DNA from: Acidimicrobiia bacterium | Lineage (GTDB): Bacteria > Actinomycetota > Acidimicrobiia > Spongiisociales > ZC4RG35 | Direction of reading: 5' to 3' | Assembly (NCBI GenBank): GCA_009377435.1 | Contig: WHUC01000001.1 | Coordinates: forward strand, 200 to 64,199 | DNA: 64,000 bases | In this document: piece after piece, positions 42,926-52,622 of the stretch | How the letters are laid out: each line of letters opens with the position of its first letter | Position numbering within the stretch: position 1 is the first letter of the stretch | The notes under the pieces: generated by a model | The model's database searches: none | Told to the model about the DNA's origin: nothing | What the model saw: only the letters and a program-made list of their open reading frames with translations | Translations under genes and position numbers: made by a program

Positions 42926-44238
42926 GTCGCAACTCCGATGTTGATCCCGCATTCGAGACGGTCCCCATCCCAACGACCCGACCGGTCGTCACCCGCCCCG
43001 AAGGTGGGCATGGTGCAGGGGGCACACCCGATGCTGGTGTAGCCCTGGTCGTAGAGGGGGTGTCGCGGAATCCCGTGGGTGTCGGCGTACCGCTCCACCG
43101 CCTCCCACGGCCAGTCGAGGAGGGGACTGGCCCGCCGGATCATGCCTCCCGTCTCCAGACTGAAGTCGTGCGCCGCGGTGAATCCATTGCGGTTCTCCGT
43201 CTGGGTGCGCCGCACCGACGACAACCACAGGTCGTGGTCCTCGAGGACCCGGTGGGCGGGAAGAACCTTGCGGAGGGCACAGCACGCCGTGGTGTTGGTG
43301 AGGTGGAGGAGACCCCGCTGGGCCTCATGCTCCTCCAGAGTCTCCGACGCCGCCGCGATCCTGAGGTCGAGGCCCCAGTCCCGGGCCACCTCGTCGAGGA
43401 AGCGGAGGGTCTCGGGGAAGTGATAACCCGTGTCGACGAAGATCACCGGGATGTCGGGCTCGATGCTTCTCACCAGGTGGAGGAGCACCATTCCCCCCAG
43501 TTGCATCGAGATCGTCATCGCCGGTCGATCGGCCCGGGAAAGCTCCCCACGGATGAATTCGAGTGCGGCCTCCACCCGGGCCTCGTCCTCGGCCTGGGTG
43601 ATGAGGGCATCGATGTGATCGTGGGCGGCGTCCTCACCCTCGACCCGGAAGACCTTCTCGATCCCGGAGTCGACGATCCGGTACCACAGGTCCCTCCGGG
43701 CCGTGAAGGTGGGGATCGTTGTCTTGATCCGCTCCCGGTACCGGTTGAGGAAGTAGAGGTGCTCCCCATACACGTCGTCGAACTGGTCGGCGATGGCCTG
43801 ACGGGCCCGCACCGCCGCCGTGGGGGCGGCGCCACCCGAGGAGATGGCGATCGTCATCGGCCCGGTGCGGTGGATCGACGGCACGATGAACGAGCAGTGG
43901 GGAATGTCGTCGACCGAGTTCACCGGTATCGACCGCATCTCCGCCTCCTCGTACACCGCGGTATTGGTCGCCGGCTCGTCGGTGGCGGCAATCACCAGAT
44001 AGGCGCCGTAGAGATCCCCCGACCTGTAGCGCCGTGGCACCCACTGGACCGCCCCCGACTTGTGCAGGTCGGCAATCTCGGGGGAGGTCTCGGGGGAGAT
44101 CACGAAGACGGCGGCGCCGGTGGGAACCAACTGCTCCACCTTGGCGGTCGCCACCTCACCCCCACCCACCACGACAACCCGCCGCTCCTCCAGGTTGAAA
44201 AGAACGGGGTAGTAATAAGGAATCGTCATCCCAGTCAC
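42922..44238 (-). CDS. cysH: fusion of precorrin-2 dehydrogenase/sirohydrochlorin ferrochelatase (CysG N-domain) with phosphoadenosine-phosphosulfate/adenylylsulfate reductase
   Basis: N-terminus VVVVGGGEVATAKVEQL is a siroheme-synthase NAD domain. C-terminus carries the PAPS-reductase PP-loop (PVIFVDTGYHFPETL), the CC pair and the CAPC cluster motif of Fe-S APS reductases. Confidence 0.8.
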   Translation of the reverse strand: MTGMTIPYYYPVLFNLEERRVVVVGGGEVATAKVEQLVPTGAAVFVISPETSPEIADLHKSGAVQWVPRRYRSGDLYGAYLVIAATDEPATNTAVYEEAEMRSIPVNSVDDIPHCSFIVPSIHRTGPMTIAISSGGAAPTAAVRARQAIADQFDDVYGEHLYFLNRYRERIKTTIPTFTARRDLWYRIVDSGIEKVFRVEGEDAAHDHIDALITQAEDEARVEAALEFIRGELSRADRPAMTISMQLGGMVLLHLVRSIEPDIPVIFVDTGYHFPETLRFLDEVARDWGLDLRIAAASETLEEHEAQRGLLHLTNTTACCALRKVLPAHRVLEDHDLWLSSVRRTQTENRNGFTAAHDFSLETGGMIRRASPLLDWPWEAVERYADTHGIPRHPLYDQGYTSIGCAPCTMPTFGAGDDRSGRWDGDRLECGINIGVAT

Positions 44239-45842
44239 GACACCGCTCCCACCATGGCCTCGACCCGGTGATAGAAGTCACCGAACGACTCGCCACTATC
44301 CCGCTCCGCGGCGTACCGGGCCAGGATGGGTCGCAGGGTGGAGGCGATCTCGGCGGTCTTCACCGGGCCGGCGATCCGGCGGTTGAGTCGGGTCCCGTCG
44401 TGGGCCCCACCGAGATGGATGTCGTAGGCGCCCTTGCGTCGCCCCACCAGCCCGATCTCGGAGTTGTAGGGGCGGGCGCACCCGTTGGGGCATCCCGTCA
44501 TCCGCAGTCCCAGCTCGTCGTCCTCCAGACCCAAATCGAACAGGACCGCCTCGATGTCGTCGACGACCGAGGGGAGGGCCCGCTCGGCGTCGGTGAGGGC
44601 CAACCCGCAGGTGGGGAGGGCGACACACGCCATGGCGTCGAGACGGAACGGGGTCCGCCCCGGGCTGATGGTGGCGAGCCGGACGGCGATGTCGGCCTTG
44701 TCCTCGTCGGAGATCCCGGTGAGGATGAGGTTCTGCTGGGGGGTGAGGGTGATCCCGGGCCGGTAGAAATCCATCAACTGGCGCAGGGTGGAGCGGGTCC
44801 GGGCCCGCTCGGTGTCGGAGATGCGACCCGAGGGGATGGGGACCCCCACCGACCAGGCCCCCTCGCGGCGGAACCACCCGAGGTGGTCACGATGTGACGG
44901 CCACTCCAGGTCGCGGGGCGGGTCGAGCCTCCAACCGAGGTGGTCCTCAACCGCGGCCCGGAAACTGTCGAGACCCCAGGCGTCGATCAGGTACTTGAGC
45001 CGGGCCAGTTTGCGGTCCTCCCGGTTGCCGTGGTCACGCTGGACCACCACCACCGCCTCGATCACATCGAGGAGACGGTTGGCGGGGACATCACCGAACG
45101 GGCTGGCCAGCCGGGGATAGGTGTCTTCGCGGTTGTGGCTGCGACCCTGCCCGCCCCCCACCAGCACCGTGTAGGAGGTGATCTCCCCGTCCTCGTAGTG
45201 GGGGACCACCCCGACATCGTGGGTGTAGACGTCGACGCAGTTGTCCCCCGGGGCGGCGATCCCGATCTTGAACTTGCGGGGGAGGTAGGTGTCCCCGTAG
45301 ACGGGCTCCGACTCGTCGGAGATGGCCGATACCAGCGGCTTGCCGTCCACCCACACCTCCCAGTAGGCGGAGGAGCGGGACCGGAAGTGGGTGGCGATCT
45401 CGGTGGCCAGCCCACCCAGCTCCGGTGAGGCCGGGCAGGCCACCACGTTGCGGACCACGTCGCCGCAGGCCCCCAGGGTGGTGATCACCGACTGATTGAG
45501 GGTCCACACCAGGGGGCGGAGGCCGCCCTTGCGGATGTGGTGCCACTGGAAACCCTGCCGGGTGGTGACCCGCAGACTCCCGTCACCGACCCAGTCGGCG
45601 AGGTCATCACACACCAGGTACTGCTCGGCCGAGAGGGCGCCACCTGGGGTGGAGGTGCGGACCATGCATATGTAGTCGCGATCCTTTCCCCGCCGGTTGT
45701 CCCGGTCGTCCTGTTGGTAGATGCCGTGGAACTTGAGCAGTTGCGACGCCCCCTCGGAGAACAACGCAGTGTCCTCCGCGAGCTCGGCGACAAGGGTGCC
45801 CCGCAGATGGTCACTCTCGGCTTTCAGGGTTTCCAGATCCAT
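44235..45842 (-). CDS. ferredoxin-dependent sulfite reductase (nitrite/sulfite reductase hemoprotein)
   Basis: ATG at 45842 behind gaggggagg. Siroheme/4Fe-4S cysteine cluster motifs (TGCPNGCARP, ACVALPTCGLA). Confidence 0.9.
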   Translation of the reverse strand: MDLETLKAESDHLRGTLVAELAEDTALFSEGASQLLKFHGIYQQDDRDNRRGKDRDYICMVRTSTPGGALSAEQYLVCDDLADWVGDGSLRVTTRQGFQWHHIRKGGLRPLVWTLNQSVITTLGACGDVVRNVVACPASPELGGLATEIATHFRSRSSAYWEVWVDGKPLVSAISDESEPVYGDTYLPRKFKIGIAAPGDNCVDVYTHDVGVVPHYEDGEITSYTVLVGGGQGRSHNREDTYPRLASPFGDVPANRLLDVIEAVVVVQRDHGNREDRKLARLKYLIDAWGLDSFRAAVEDHLGWRLDPPRDLEWPSHRDHLGWFRREGAWSVGVPIPSGRISDTERARTRSTLRQLMDFYRPGITLTPQQNLILTGISDEDKADIAVRLATISPGRTPFRLDAMACVALPTCGLALTDAERALPSVVDDIEAVLFDLGLEDDELGLRMTGCPNGCARPYNSEIGLVGRRKGAYDIHLGGAHDGTRLNRRIAGPVKTAEIASTLRPILARYAAERDSGESFGDFYHRVEAMVGAVS

Positions 45843-45867
45843 TGACTGCCTCCCCTCTGAGTCAGGC

Positions 45868-46692
45868 TCAGCGCTCGACGGGAGCGCCCACCAGCGAGCC
45901 GTACTCGGTCCACGACCCGTCGTAGTTGCGGGCCGCCTCGTGACCGAGGATCTCGTGGAGGGCGAACCAGGTGTGCGAGGACCGCTCCCCGATGCGGCAG
46001 TAGGCGACGGTGTCGCCGGAGAAGTCGATCCCGGCGTCCTCGTAGAGCTTGCGCAACTCGTCGGGGGGGAGGAAGCTCCCGTCCTCGGCGACGGCCTTGG
46101 CCCAGGGAATGTTGGCGGCCCCGGGGACGTGGCCACCGACGTAGGGCTGTTCCTGGGGGAGATGGTCGGGGGCGAGCTTCTCGCCGCTGAACTCCTCGGG
46201 GGAGCGCACATCGACGAACTGGGAGGAAGCGACGGCGTCGAGGACGTCGTCACGGAAGGCCCTCAGCTCGGGGCGCTCGTCGCCGGTGATCTCGAAGTCG
46301 GTAGCGGTGGGGGAGGGGACATCGGCGGTGAGGGGACGATCCTCGACCTTCCACTTGAGACGCCCCCCGTCGACCAGGGAGACGTTGTCGAAGCCCCGAT
46401 AGCGGAGGAGCCAGTAGGCGTAGGCGGCGAACCAGTTGTTGTTGCCGCCGTAGAGGGCGACCTGGGTGTCCTCGGTGGCGCCGGCGGAGGCCAGCAGCTC
46501 CGAGAACCCGTCCTGGTCGAGGTAGTCACGCTGGACGGGATGGTGGAGGTCGGTCGACCAGTTCCAGGCGATGGCGCCGGGGACGTGGTCACGGTTGTAG
46601 GCCTCGACGTCCTCATCGACCTCGATGATCAGGACGTCGGGATTGTCGAGGTTGTCCTCGAGCCATTGGGTGGATACGAGTGAATCGGCCAT
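45868..46692 (-). CDS. thiosulfate/3-mercaptopyruvate sulfurtransferase (tandem rhodanese)
   Basis: Two rhodanese domains with active-site loop CRIGERSSH. Confidence 0.85.
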   Translation of the reverse strand: MADSLVSTQWLEDNLDNPDVLIIEVDEDVEAYNRDHVPGAIAWNWSTDLHHPVQRDYLDQDGFSELLASAGATEDTQVALYGGNNNWFAAYAYWLLRYRGFDNVSLVDGGRLKWKVEDRPLTADVPSPTATDFEITGDERPELRAFRDDVLDAVASSQFVDVRSPEEFSGEKLAPDHLPQEQPYVGGHVPGAANIPWAKAVAEDGSFLPPDELRKLYEDAGIDFSGDTVAYCRIGERSSHTWFALHEILGHEAARNYDGSWTEYGSLVGAPVER

Positions 46693-47019
46693 TTCGGGTA
46701 CTCCTTGACAGGGTCGGTGCTCACCGACCGGGGTGTGAGGAAGACATCGACACCGGGACCCTTCCCTCTCGGGTGGTGGTGTCGTTCCTCAGGAGTACCG
46801 CGTGCAGAGTTCCGCAGACCCCCGGGCTACCACCCGAGAGCACACACACATGCACGCACACATGACGGAGGCCGTCATGGCATTGGTGTCGTGGTGGGAA
46901 ATCTTCTGCATTGCGGAGGGACGGTAGCGGCGGATCGGCGCGAGTCAAAAGGGGGCTTGCACACGGCCCTGTGGACACGGGCCCTTGAGAACGGCCTTGA
47001 GGCGAGCGAGACCAGCTAT

Positions 47020-47820
47020 GTGGCCCGAACCCGTGGCCGGCCCGTCCTCCAGTTCAGCAAGAGTGCCGACCCTGCAGTCGAACGGATCTACCGCACCCAC
47101 TGGGTGTCGTCGGCGTTGTCGGAGAAGGACCGCCAGAAGGTGGAAGAGGCGGCCAACAAGCCCGCCGATCTGGTAGTGATCTCCCCTCTCAACGAGTTCG
47201 TCTGCGAGGAATGTGGAGGCACGGGCGCCTTTCTGTTCATGGAGGGACCCGGACCCCTGTGCCTCGACTGCGCCGACATGAGTCACCTGGTGTTCCTCCG
47301 GGCGGGAAACGCCGCCCTGACCCGCCGAGCCAAGAAGGCGAGCCGGCTGTGGGCGGTGGTGGTGAGGTTCAGCCGCTCCCGCAAGCGGTACGAGCGCCAG
47401 GGACTCCTCGTCGAGGAGGGGGCGCTGGAGGAGGCCGAGGCCCAGTGTCTCGCCGACGAGGAGGTGCGGGCCCGCCGCCGGGAGCGGGATGCGGCCCGCC
47501 GCGACACCGAGGACGAGGAGCTCCAACAGGCGATGGCCGGCGAGATCTCACGGCTCTTCCCGGGATGCCCGGAGGAGAGGGCCGAGTCGATCGCCCGCCA
47601 CACCGCCACCAGGGGCAGTGGCCGGGTGGGGCGGACCGCCGACGCCCGTGGGCTGGAGGCGCGACCGATCGAGCTGGCCGTCGCCGCTTCGATCCGCCAC
47701 CGCGACACCGCCTACGACACCCTCCTGATGTCGGGGATGGATCGCGAACAGGCACGGACCCAGGTCAGGTCAGACGTGACCCGCATTCTGGAGGAGTGGC
47801 GTCGAGCCCCCGTCTCGTGA
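47020..47820 (+). CDS. zinc-ribbon plus DUF2293-domain protein
   Basis: CEECGG...CLDC zinc ribbon followed by a DUF2293-like tail (RAESIARHTATRGSGRVGRTA, IRHRDTAYDTLL). The start is uncertain: GTG at 47020 is chosen, while the ORF is open from 46705. Confidence 0.55.
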   Translation: MARTRGRPVLQFSKSADPAVERIYRTHWVSSALSEKDRQKVEEAANKPADLVVISPLNEFVCEECGGTGAFLFMEGPGPLCLDCADMSHLVFLRAGNAALTRRAKKASRLWAVVVRFSRSRKRYERQGLLVEEGALEEAEAQCLADEEVRARRRERDAARRDTEDEELQQAMAGEISRLFPGCPEERAESIARHTATRGSGRVGRTADARGLEARPIELAVAASIRHRDTAYDTLLMSGMDREQARTQVRSDVTRILEEWRRAPVS

Positions 47821-47867
47821 GTCGGAGTCGATCCGTCGAGGATTGTCAGGGCACCGGGTAATGGCGC

Positions 47868-48620
47868 TCAGCCGTACATCAGCGATCCCGGCGTGGTGAG
47901 CAGTTCCCCGCTCTCGAGCCAGGTCTTGAGACCGGACAGGATCATCGGCCAGCCTCCGTAGATCTCGTCGTTGGCGTCCTCGCGCAGCTGGTCGTGTGTG
48001 ACGGTGAGACGGCACGAGTCCTCGACGGGCGCGATGTCCCAGGTGACCCTCGAGGTGCCCTCGCTCTTGACATCGTCGCTCCACAAGGCATTGAAGCTTT
48101 GGACGAGCCGGCGCGGGGGATCCACCTCGAGATTCTCTCCCTCGCTGAGGAGTTCGTCTGCCTTGGGGTGGCTGCTCTCGTAACGAGACCCGGGCGTCCA
48201 GTCCGAGTTGACCACGACACCGAAGTTGTACTTGCTCCTGATCTCGCTGTCGGTGATCGCCTCCCAGAGGCGCTCCGGGGTGGTGCGGATGTAGATCTCA
48301 AAGACCTTCTCCATGGGATTCTCCAATCTGTTCTTGAGACCGCTGAGCGCAGCGGCCCAGGGCTCGGCATACTTGCTCACCCACCGGTCGTGGACAAGCC
48401 GAATCGGGACCGGGTTCAGGAAGTGAAGCTTCTCGCGCCCGCGACGCTTGGTGACCACCAGACCGGCCTCCTCGAGTTGCTTGAGGTGTTTCATCACACC
48501 GAAGCGGGTCATCGAGAAACACCCCTCGAGTTGGCTCAGCGTTTGGCCGTCCTCCTCGAAGAGCTCGTCGAGCAGGCTGCGCCGTGTCGGGTCGGCAAGG
48601 GCTCTGAACACGGTGTCCAT
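47868..48620 (-). CDS. ArsR-family regulator fused to an SRPBCC (AHSA1-like) domain
   Basis: ArsR HTH (LADPTRRSLLDELFEEDGQTLSQLEGCFSMTRFGVMKHLKQLEEAGLV) then a polyketide-cyclase/SRPBCC fold. Confidence 0.8.
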   Translation of the reverse strand: MDTVFRALADPTRRSLLDELFEEDGQTLSQLEGCFSMTRFGVMKHLKQLEEAGLVVTKRRGREKLHFLNPVPIRLVHDRWVSKYAEPWAAALSGLKNRLENPMEKVFEIYIRTTPERLWEAITDSEIRSKYNFGVVVNSDWTPGSRYESSHPKADELLSEGENLEVDPPRRLVQSFNALWSDDVKSEGTSRVTWDIAPVEDSCRLTVTHDQLREDANDEIYGGWPMILSGLKTWLESGELLTTPGSLMYG

Positions 48621-48744
48621 GCAAGAGACAATAGGTGACTATATGGTCACATGTCAAGAATGGGGATCGAGAGAAGCCAAGCGGAGCCCGGACAGGCGCG
48701 TCGTGCGCTATGCCTCATCGGGGACGGAGTTGGTGAGGTGAGTG

Positions 48745-49890
48745 CTACTCCGTGTCGGGTGGGGGTCGGTTTCTCGGGGGTCGGAAGCGACGTCTCAGAG
48801 GTGGGCTGTTGCGGTCGATGCCCATGCCGCGTCCGTGGATGACGACATGGTGGTGGAACCAGCACAGTGTGGTGAGGTTGTCGGGGTCGGTGTGTCCCCC
48901 TTCGGCATAGGGGGTCATGTGATGGGGTTGAAGTCGGTATCGGCTGGTGCAGCCGTCGGAGGTGCACACCTGGCCGTCGCGGTGGAGGACGGCTCGCCGA
49001 AGCGCCGCGGGAACCACTCGGCTGCGGCGACCATATGTCATGGCGGTCCCGTCCTCGGTGTGGGCAATCACTTCTGCGATTCCGGTGCAGAGGATCTCTT
49101 CGAGGGTCTGGACGCCGACCCTCGGTCCGGCCTCGACCCACACCCCCGCCTCGCCCCTGCTGGGACCTGCCTGGGAGGCGTCGACATGCACTGTGACCAG
49201 CGTCCCGGGACCGTCGCCGCCCTCGGTGTCGTTGTTGTCTGCGCATATGGCGGTGAGAGCGTCGGCCATGCGTTGGCGACGGGTATCACGATGGCCGTCG
49301 GGGTGGGCGCCAAAGGTATCGGCCCAATCGGTGAGGACCTTCTCCACGAGTTTGCCGTCGCATCCCGCCAAGCGTCCGTGGATGCGCCACGTGCCGTCGT
49401 CCAAGGTCGGTTGGAAGACCAGGTATCGACCGTCGTGGGCGGCCTGCTCATCGGTGGGGGACACCCGTTCCCGGTGTCGACGCAGTCTCCCTACGCCTGC
49501 AATATCACAGGATCGGGAGAACTCGATGTCGGCATTCGGGGCCCCGGATGCGGCGAGACGGGTGGTGGCCTCCACGCGGTCGATGGAGTCGCCATCGTCG
49601 GCCACAACCTCGGATCGGGTCAACAGCGCCAAGGTGCGGGCCGTGTTGATGGAGACGTCGAGACGGCCCGCCGTCCACTCCGCCAACGTCTTGCAGCCAT
49701 CCGCCGCGGGAATCTGCCGATCTTCGGCGCTGCGTAGGGCCACCGTCTGCAGGAGCCGGAGCCGCGCAATCGCCGCCTCCGCGGTCACCAGCACCATCTC
49801 CAACTCATCGGAAGTCAACCCGGAGAAATCGACTCCGAAGAGAGCATCGACGTCTCTGAGATGAGCGACGGTTTCCTCTAAAGTCTTCAT
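48745..49890 (-). CDS. DUF222 / HNH-endonuclease family protein (13E12-type)
   Basis: N-terminal DUF222-like region. C-terminal HNH (LRRAVLHRDGQVCTSDGC...CWFHHHVVIHGRGMG). Start ATG at 49890. Confidence 0.8.
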   Translation of the reverse strand: MKTLEETVAHLRDVDALFGVDFSGLTSDELEMVLVTAEAAIARLRLLQTVALRSAEDRQIPAADGCKTLAEWTAGRLDVSINTARTLALLTRSEVVADDGDSIDRVEATTRLAASGAPNADIEFSRSCDIAGVGRLRRHRERVSPTDEQAAHDGRYLVFQPTLDDGTWRIHGRLAGCDGKLVEKVLTDWADTFGAHPDGHRDTRRQRMADALTAICADNNDTEGGDGPGTLVTVHVDASQAGPSRGEAGVWVEAGPRVGVQTLEEILCTGIAEVIAHTEDGTAMTYGRRSRVVPAALRRAVLHRDGQVCTSDGCTSRYRLQPHHMTPYAEGGHTDPDNLTTLCWFHHHVVIHGRGMGIDRNSPPLRRRFRPPRNRPPPDTE

Positions 49891-49989
49891 GTCACAGAAG
49901 ATAAAGGGAGGGTGTGACAGAAAAGCGTAGTTAGCGAAAGAACGCGGTCTGTAGAGAGCCCGGGTGGTCGGTCCCACCCCGGACCAGAG

Positions 49990-50277
49990 TCAGAGCGTCC
50001 GTGACGACACGGTCTCGTGCTCCGCCACCCGCACCTCGCGGATCTGTGCCGTCTGCTCATCGGACGGACCTTCCCCGCGGAAGATGTCGAGGGCCTCCCG
50101 AGACTCCCAATTCTCGAAGATGTTGACGCGGTCGGGTTCGATCGTGTCGGCGGTGATGGCGAAGTCGAGGAATCCGGCGGTTTGGCGGGCGGCCTCGACG
50201 ACCTCCCGACAGGATGCGACGTACTCGTCACGGTCGGCCGGGTCCACCCGGATCCGTCCCGCTACCAGGATCGTCAT
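49990..50277 (-). CDS. antibiotic-biosynthesis-monooxygenase (ABM) family protein
   Basis: 95 aa from MTILVAGRIRVD. Ferredoxin-like ABM fold (FLDFAITADTIEPDRVNIFENWESREAL). Confidence 0.65.
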   Translation of the reverse strand: MTILVAGRIRVDPADRDEYVASCREVVEAARQTAGFLDFAITADTIEPDRVNIFENWESREALDIFRGEGPSDEQTAQIREVRVAEHETVSSRTL

Positions 50278-50455
50278 CTCGTGCTCTCCTTTGTGGATCT
50301 TGTGAAACGCTAGAAGATCCCAGCGCAAGGAACGAAACCAGCGGCCCCCAGATATCGTTCCGGTCACCGATTAGTTTTGGGGCGTGGTCGGGTCAATCTC
50401 ACTGACAGACAGGCCAGTCACCACGATGACGGCCTAAGACCGAAGGAGGCTGACT

Positions 50456-51067
50456 GTGAGAAAGCTGGTAGTGAGCACGTTCCTGACGCTGGATGGCGTC
50501 ATGCAGGCGCCCGGGGATCCCGACGAGGACCGCAGCGGCGGCTTCGAGCATGGCGGCTGGCAGATGCCGCTGTTCGACGAGGGGTCGGGCGAGGCCGTTT
50601 CGGCGGGCATGGCCAGGTCGGATGCATTCCTTATGGGGCGAACGACCTACGACATCATGGCCGCCTTCTGGCCCAACCAGCCCGACGACGATCCCATTGC
50701 CGCCGTGATGAACGGCTACACCAAGTACGTGGTGTCGGATTCCCTGGACGAGGTGGAATGGGAGAACTCGACACTGATCGAGGGAGACGTTGCCAACGGG
50801 ATCAGGAATGTCAAGGAGCAGCCTGGCAAGGACATAGTGGTAGTGGGCAGTGGCAATCTCGCCCAGACCCTGATGGAACACGACCTCGTCGACGAGTATG
50901 GGCTCCTGGTGTATCCGCTGGTCCTGGGCACCGGAAAGCGGCTCTTCCGCGACGGTGGGCCCCACACCCCCTTGAAGCTGGTCGATTCCTCGACGACCGA
51001 GAACGGGGCGCTGGTCCTCAGGTATGTGCCGGTGTCCCGGACTGGCGGAGGCGATACCGAGGAGTAA
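50456..51067 (+). CDS. dihydrofolate-reductase-family protein (RibD C-terminal-like)
   Basis: VSTFLTLDGVMQAPG...GRTTYDIMAAFWP...IVVVGSGNL. RBS ggagg, GTG start. Confidence 0.8.
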   Translation: MRKLVVSTFLTLDGVMQAPGDPDEDRSGGFEHGGWQMPLFDEGSGEAVSAGMARSDAFLMGRTTYDIMAAFWPNQPDDDPIAAVMNGYTKYVVSDSLDEVEWENSTLIEGDVANGIRNVKEQPGKDIVVVGSGNLAQTLMEHDLVDEYGLLVYPLVLGTGKRLFRDGGPHTPLKLVDSSTTENGALVLRYVPVSRTGGGDTEE

Positions 51068-51129
51068 GCGGCAGGGTCGTGCACAGCGATCCCGTTTGAG
51101 ATGTCGAGAATGGGTGTGCGCGCCGTGAC

Positions 51130-51348
51130 CCTCCGGAAATCGAGGGCTGGGACGAGATCGTGGCGAGCCTGGAGGAGCCCACGATGCTGGGACGCACGGC
51201 GACGCTGGAAGATGTGGGCAAGGTGGCAGCGTTCATCGCTTCCGATGGTGCCGCCACCATGACCGCTGCCACGGTCAACATCAGCTGCGGAGCCCTGGTC
51301 GACAGACCAACACGTTCTGTCCCAACCAGCCAGTACCTTGCCGAATGA
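51130..51348 (+). pseudogene. second SDR/enoyl-reductase C-terminal remnant
   Basis: GRTATLEDVGKVAAFIASDGAATMTAATVNISCGALVD is an SDR tail with no N-terminal domain. Confidence 0.4.
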
Positions 51349-51734
51349 CGGATGGAGAACGGGCCGAAAGGCACACCATGACCACAGCCCGCGACTCTCT
51401 CTATACTCGATTGCGAGAAGTGCTCGGAGACCCCGGAGCGCAAACCCTGATGGACTTGCTACCACCCTCGAGTGACATTGCCACCAGGTCCGACATCGAC
51501 CGTCTCGATAGCCGGATGGGTGCGTTCGAGCGTCGACTCGATCGCGTGGAAGTTCGGTTCGATGGGCTAGAACAGCGCATCGGTCGGATAGAACACCATA
51601 TGGAGCGCTTCGACGACCGACTCCACGGTTTCCATGTCGAGTTGCGTAAGCAGACCCGCACCTTCGTGTTGGCCTCGACCACGTCTTCGGCCGTACTGGC
51701 CACCGTCGCCTTCGCCGCGGCCTCGCTGATTTGA
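51345..51734 (+). CDS. hypothetical protein with a C-terminal TM anchor
   Basis: 129 aa. Coiled-coil-like middle region, hydrophobic tail (FVLASTTSSAVLATVAFAAASLI). Confidence 0.4.
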   Translation: MTDGERAERHTMTTARDSLYTRLREVLGDPGAQTLMDLLPPSSDIATRSDIDRLDSRMGAFERRLDRVEVRFDGLEQRIGRIEHHMERFDDRLHGFHVELRKQTRTFVLASTTSSAVLATVAFAAASLI

Positions 51735-51932
51735 TCTGAACGCATCATGGAGGCAACACCCGGCATGACGGGCTCGACCCGGCCCGGGTACCTACCCAGC
51801 GGTCTTTCTCGAGACCGGTGTACTGCTCGATCGGATCGCGTTGGGTTGACCACCGCCGGGTTCGGGGTCAATACGACCGTGTGCGGCGCTCGTCAGGGAA
51901 TCTCCCTGCGGGGCATCGCTCGCGGTCGGGGC

Positions 51933-52451
51933 TCAGTAGGAGCCCTTCTCGCCGTCGAGAAGCTCCCGGATGGCATCCACGTGACCGGCGTGCCGGGCGG
52001 TCTCCTCCACCATGTGGATCAACATCCATCGCAGGGACGCGGCAGCAGAACCGAAGTCGGGGTGCCGGCCCACGTCATCCAGCGAATGGGCGGCAACGAT
52101 CTCGTTCGACACCGCGCACTGCCGCTCGTACTCCTCGAGAAGTTGTGCCAGTGGGATGCCCTCGACCATCATGTCGGCATCCTCGGGTTCCTCCTCGAAA
52201 TGAGGCCCCTCGGCCGGCCCGCCCAAGAAGAGGACCTCGAACCAGCTGTGCTCGACCCAACGCAGGTGGGAGACGACACCAGCCATCGTCATGAGGGGCG
52301 AAGTCGCAAGGACAGATCGGTGCGCATCCCCCTCGGACAAACCTTCGCACTTCCAGTGAATGATCGCCCGCTGCATGTCAAGCCAGCCGACAAGCTGGGT
52401 TCGCTCGTCGGCCACGTAGGGAGGGCGATTGCGGGGAGGGGTCATGAGCAC
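51933..52451 (-). CDS. DinB/DUF664-family protein
   Basis: DERTQLVGWLDMQRAIIHWKCEGLSEGDAHR is the DUF664/DinB_2 N-terminus. Has the His-rich metal-binding spacing. Confidence 0.7.
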   Translation of the reverse strand: MLMTPPRNRPPYVADERTQLVGWLDMQRAIIHWKCEGLSEGDAHRSVLATSPLMTMAGVVSHLRWVEHSWFEVLFLGGPAEGPHFEEEPEDADMMVEGIPLAQLLEEYERQCAVSNEIVAAHSLDDVGRHPDFGSAAASLRWMLIHMVEETARHAGHVDAIRELLDGEKGSY

Positions 52452-52622
52452 CGACGGTACACAGCCGACGTCACATCACGGAAACCTCGAACGCCTCGAT
52501 TAGCCAGCCCAAGCCCACGCCCCCAAACACATCAGGAGAAGGGGGGCCTTCGTCTATAAATGCGATACAGACGGTAAGCTTATATATGCATTAGCATCCA
52601 TGTCCTCCCTTATGAATATGAC

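Noticed and set aside
46840-46870. CA-rich tract as a CRISPR or microsatellite
   Set aside because: Too short and irregular. No repeat-spacer periodicity. Kept only as a note within the sulfur-operon finding.
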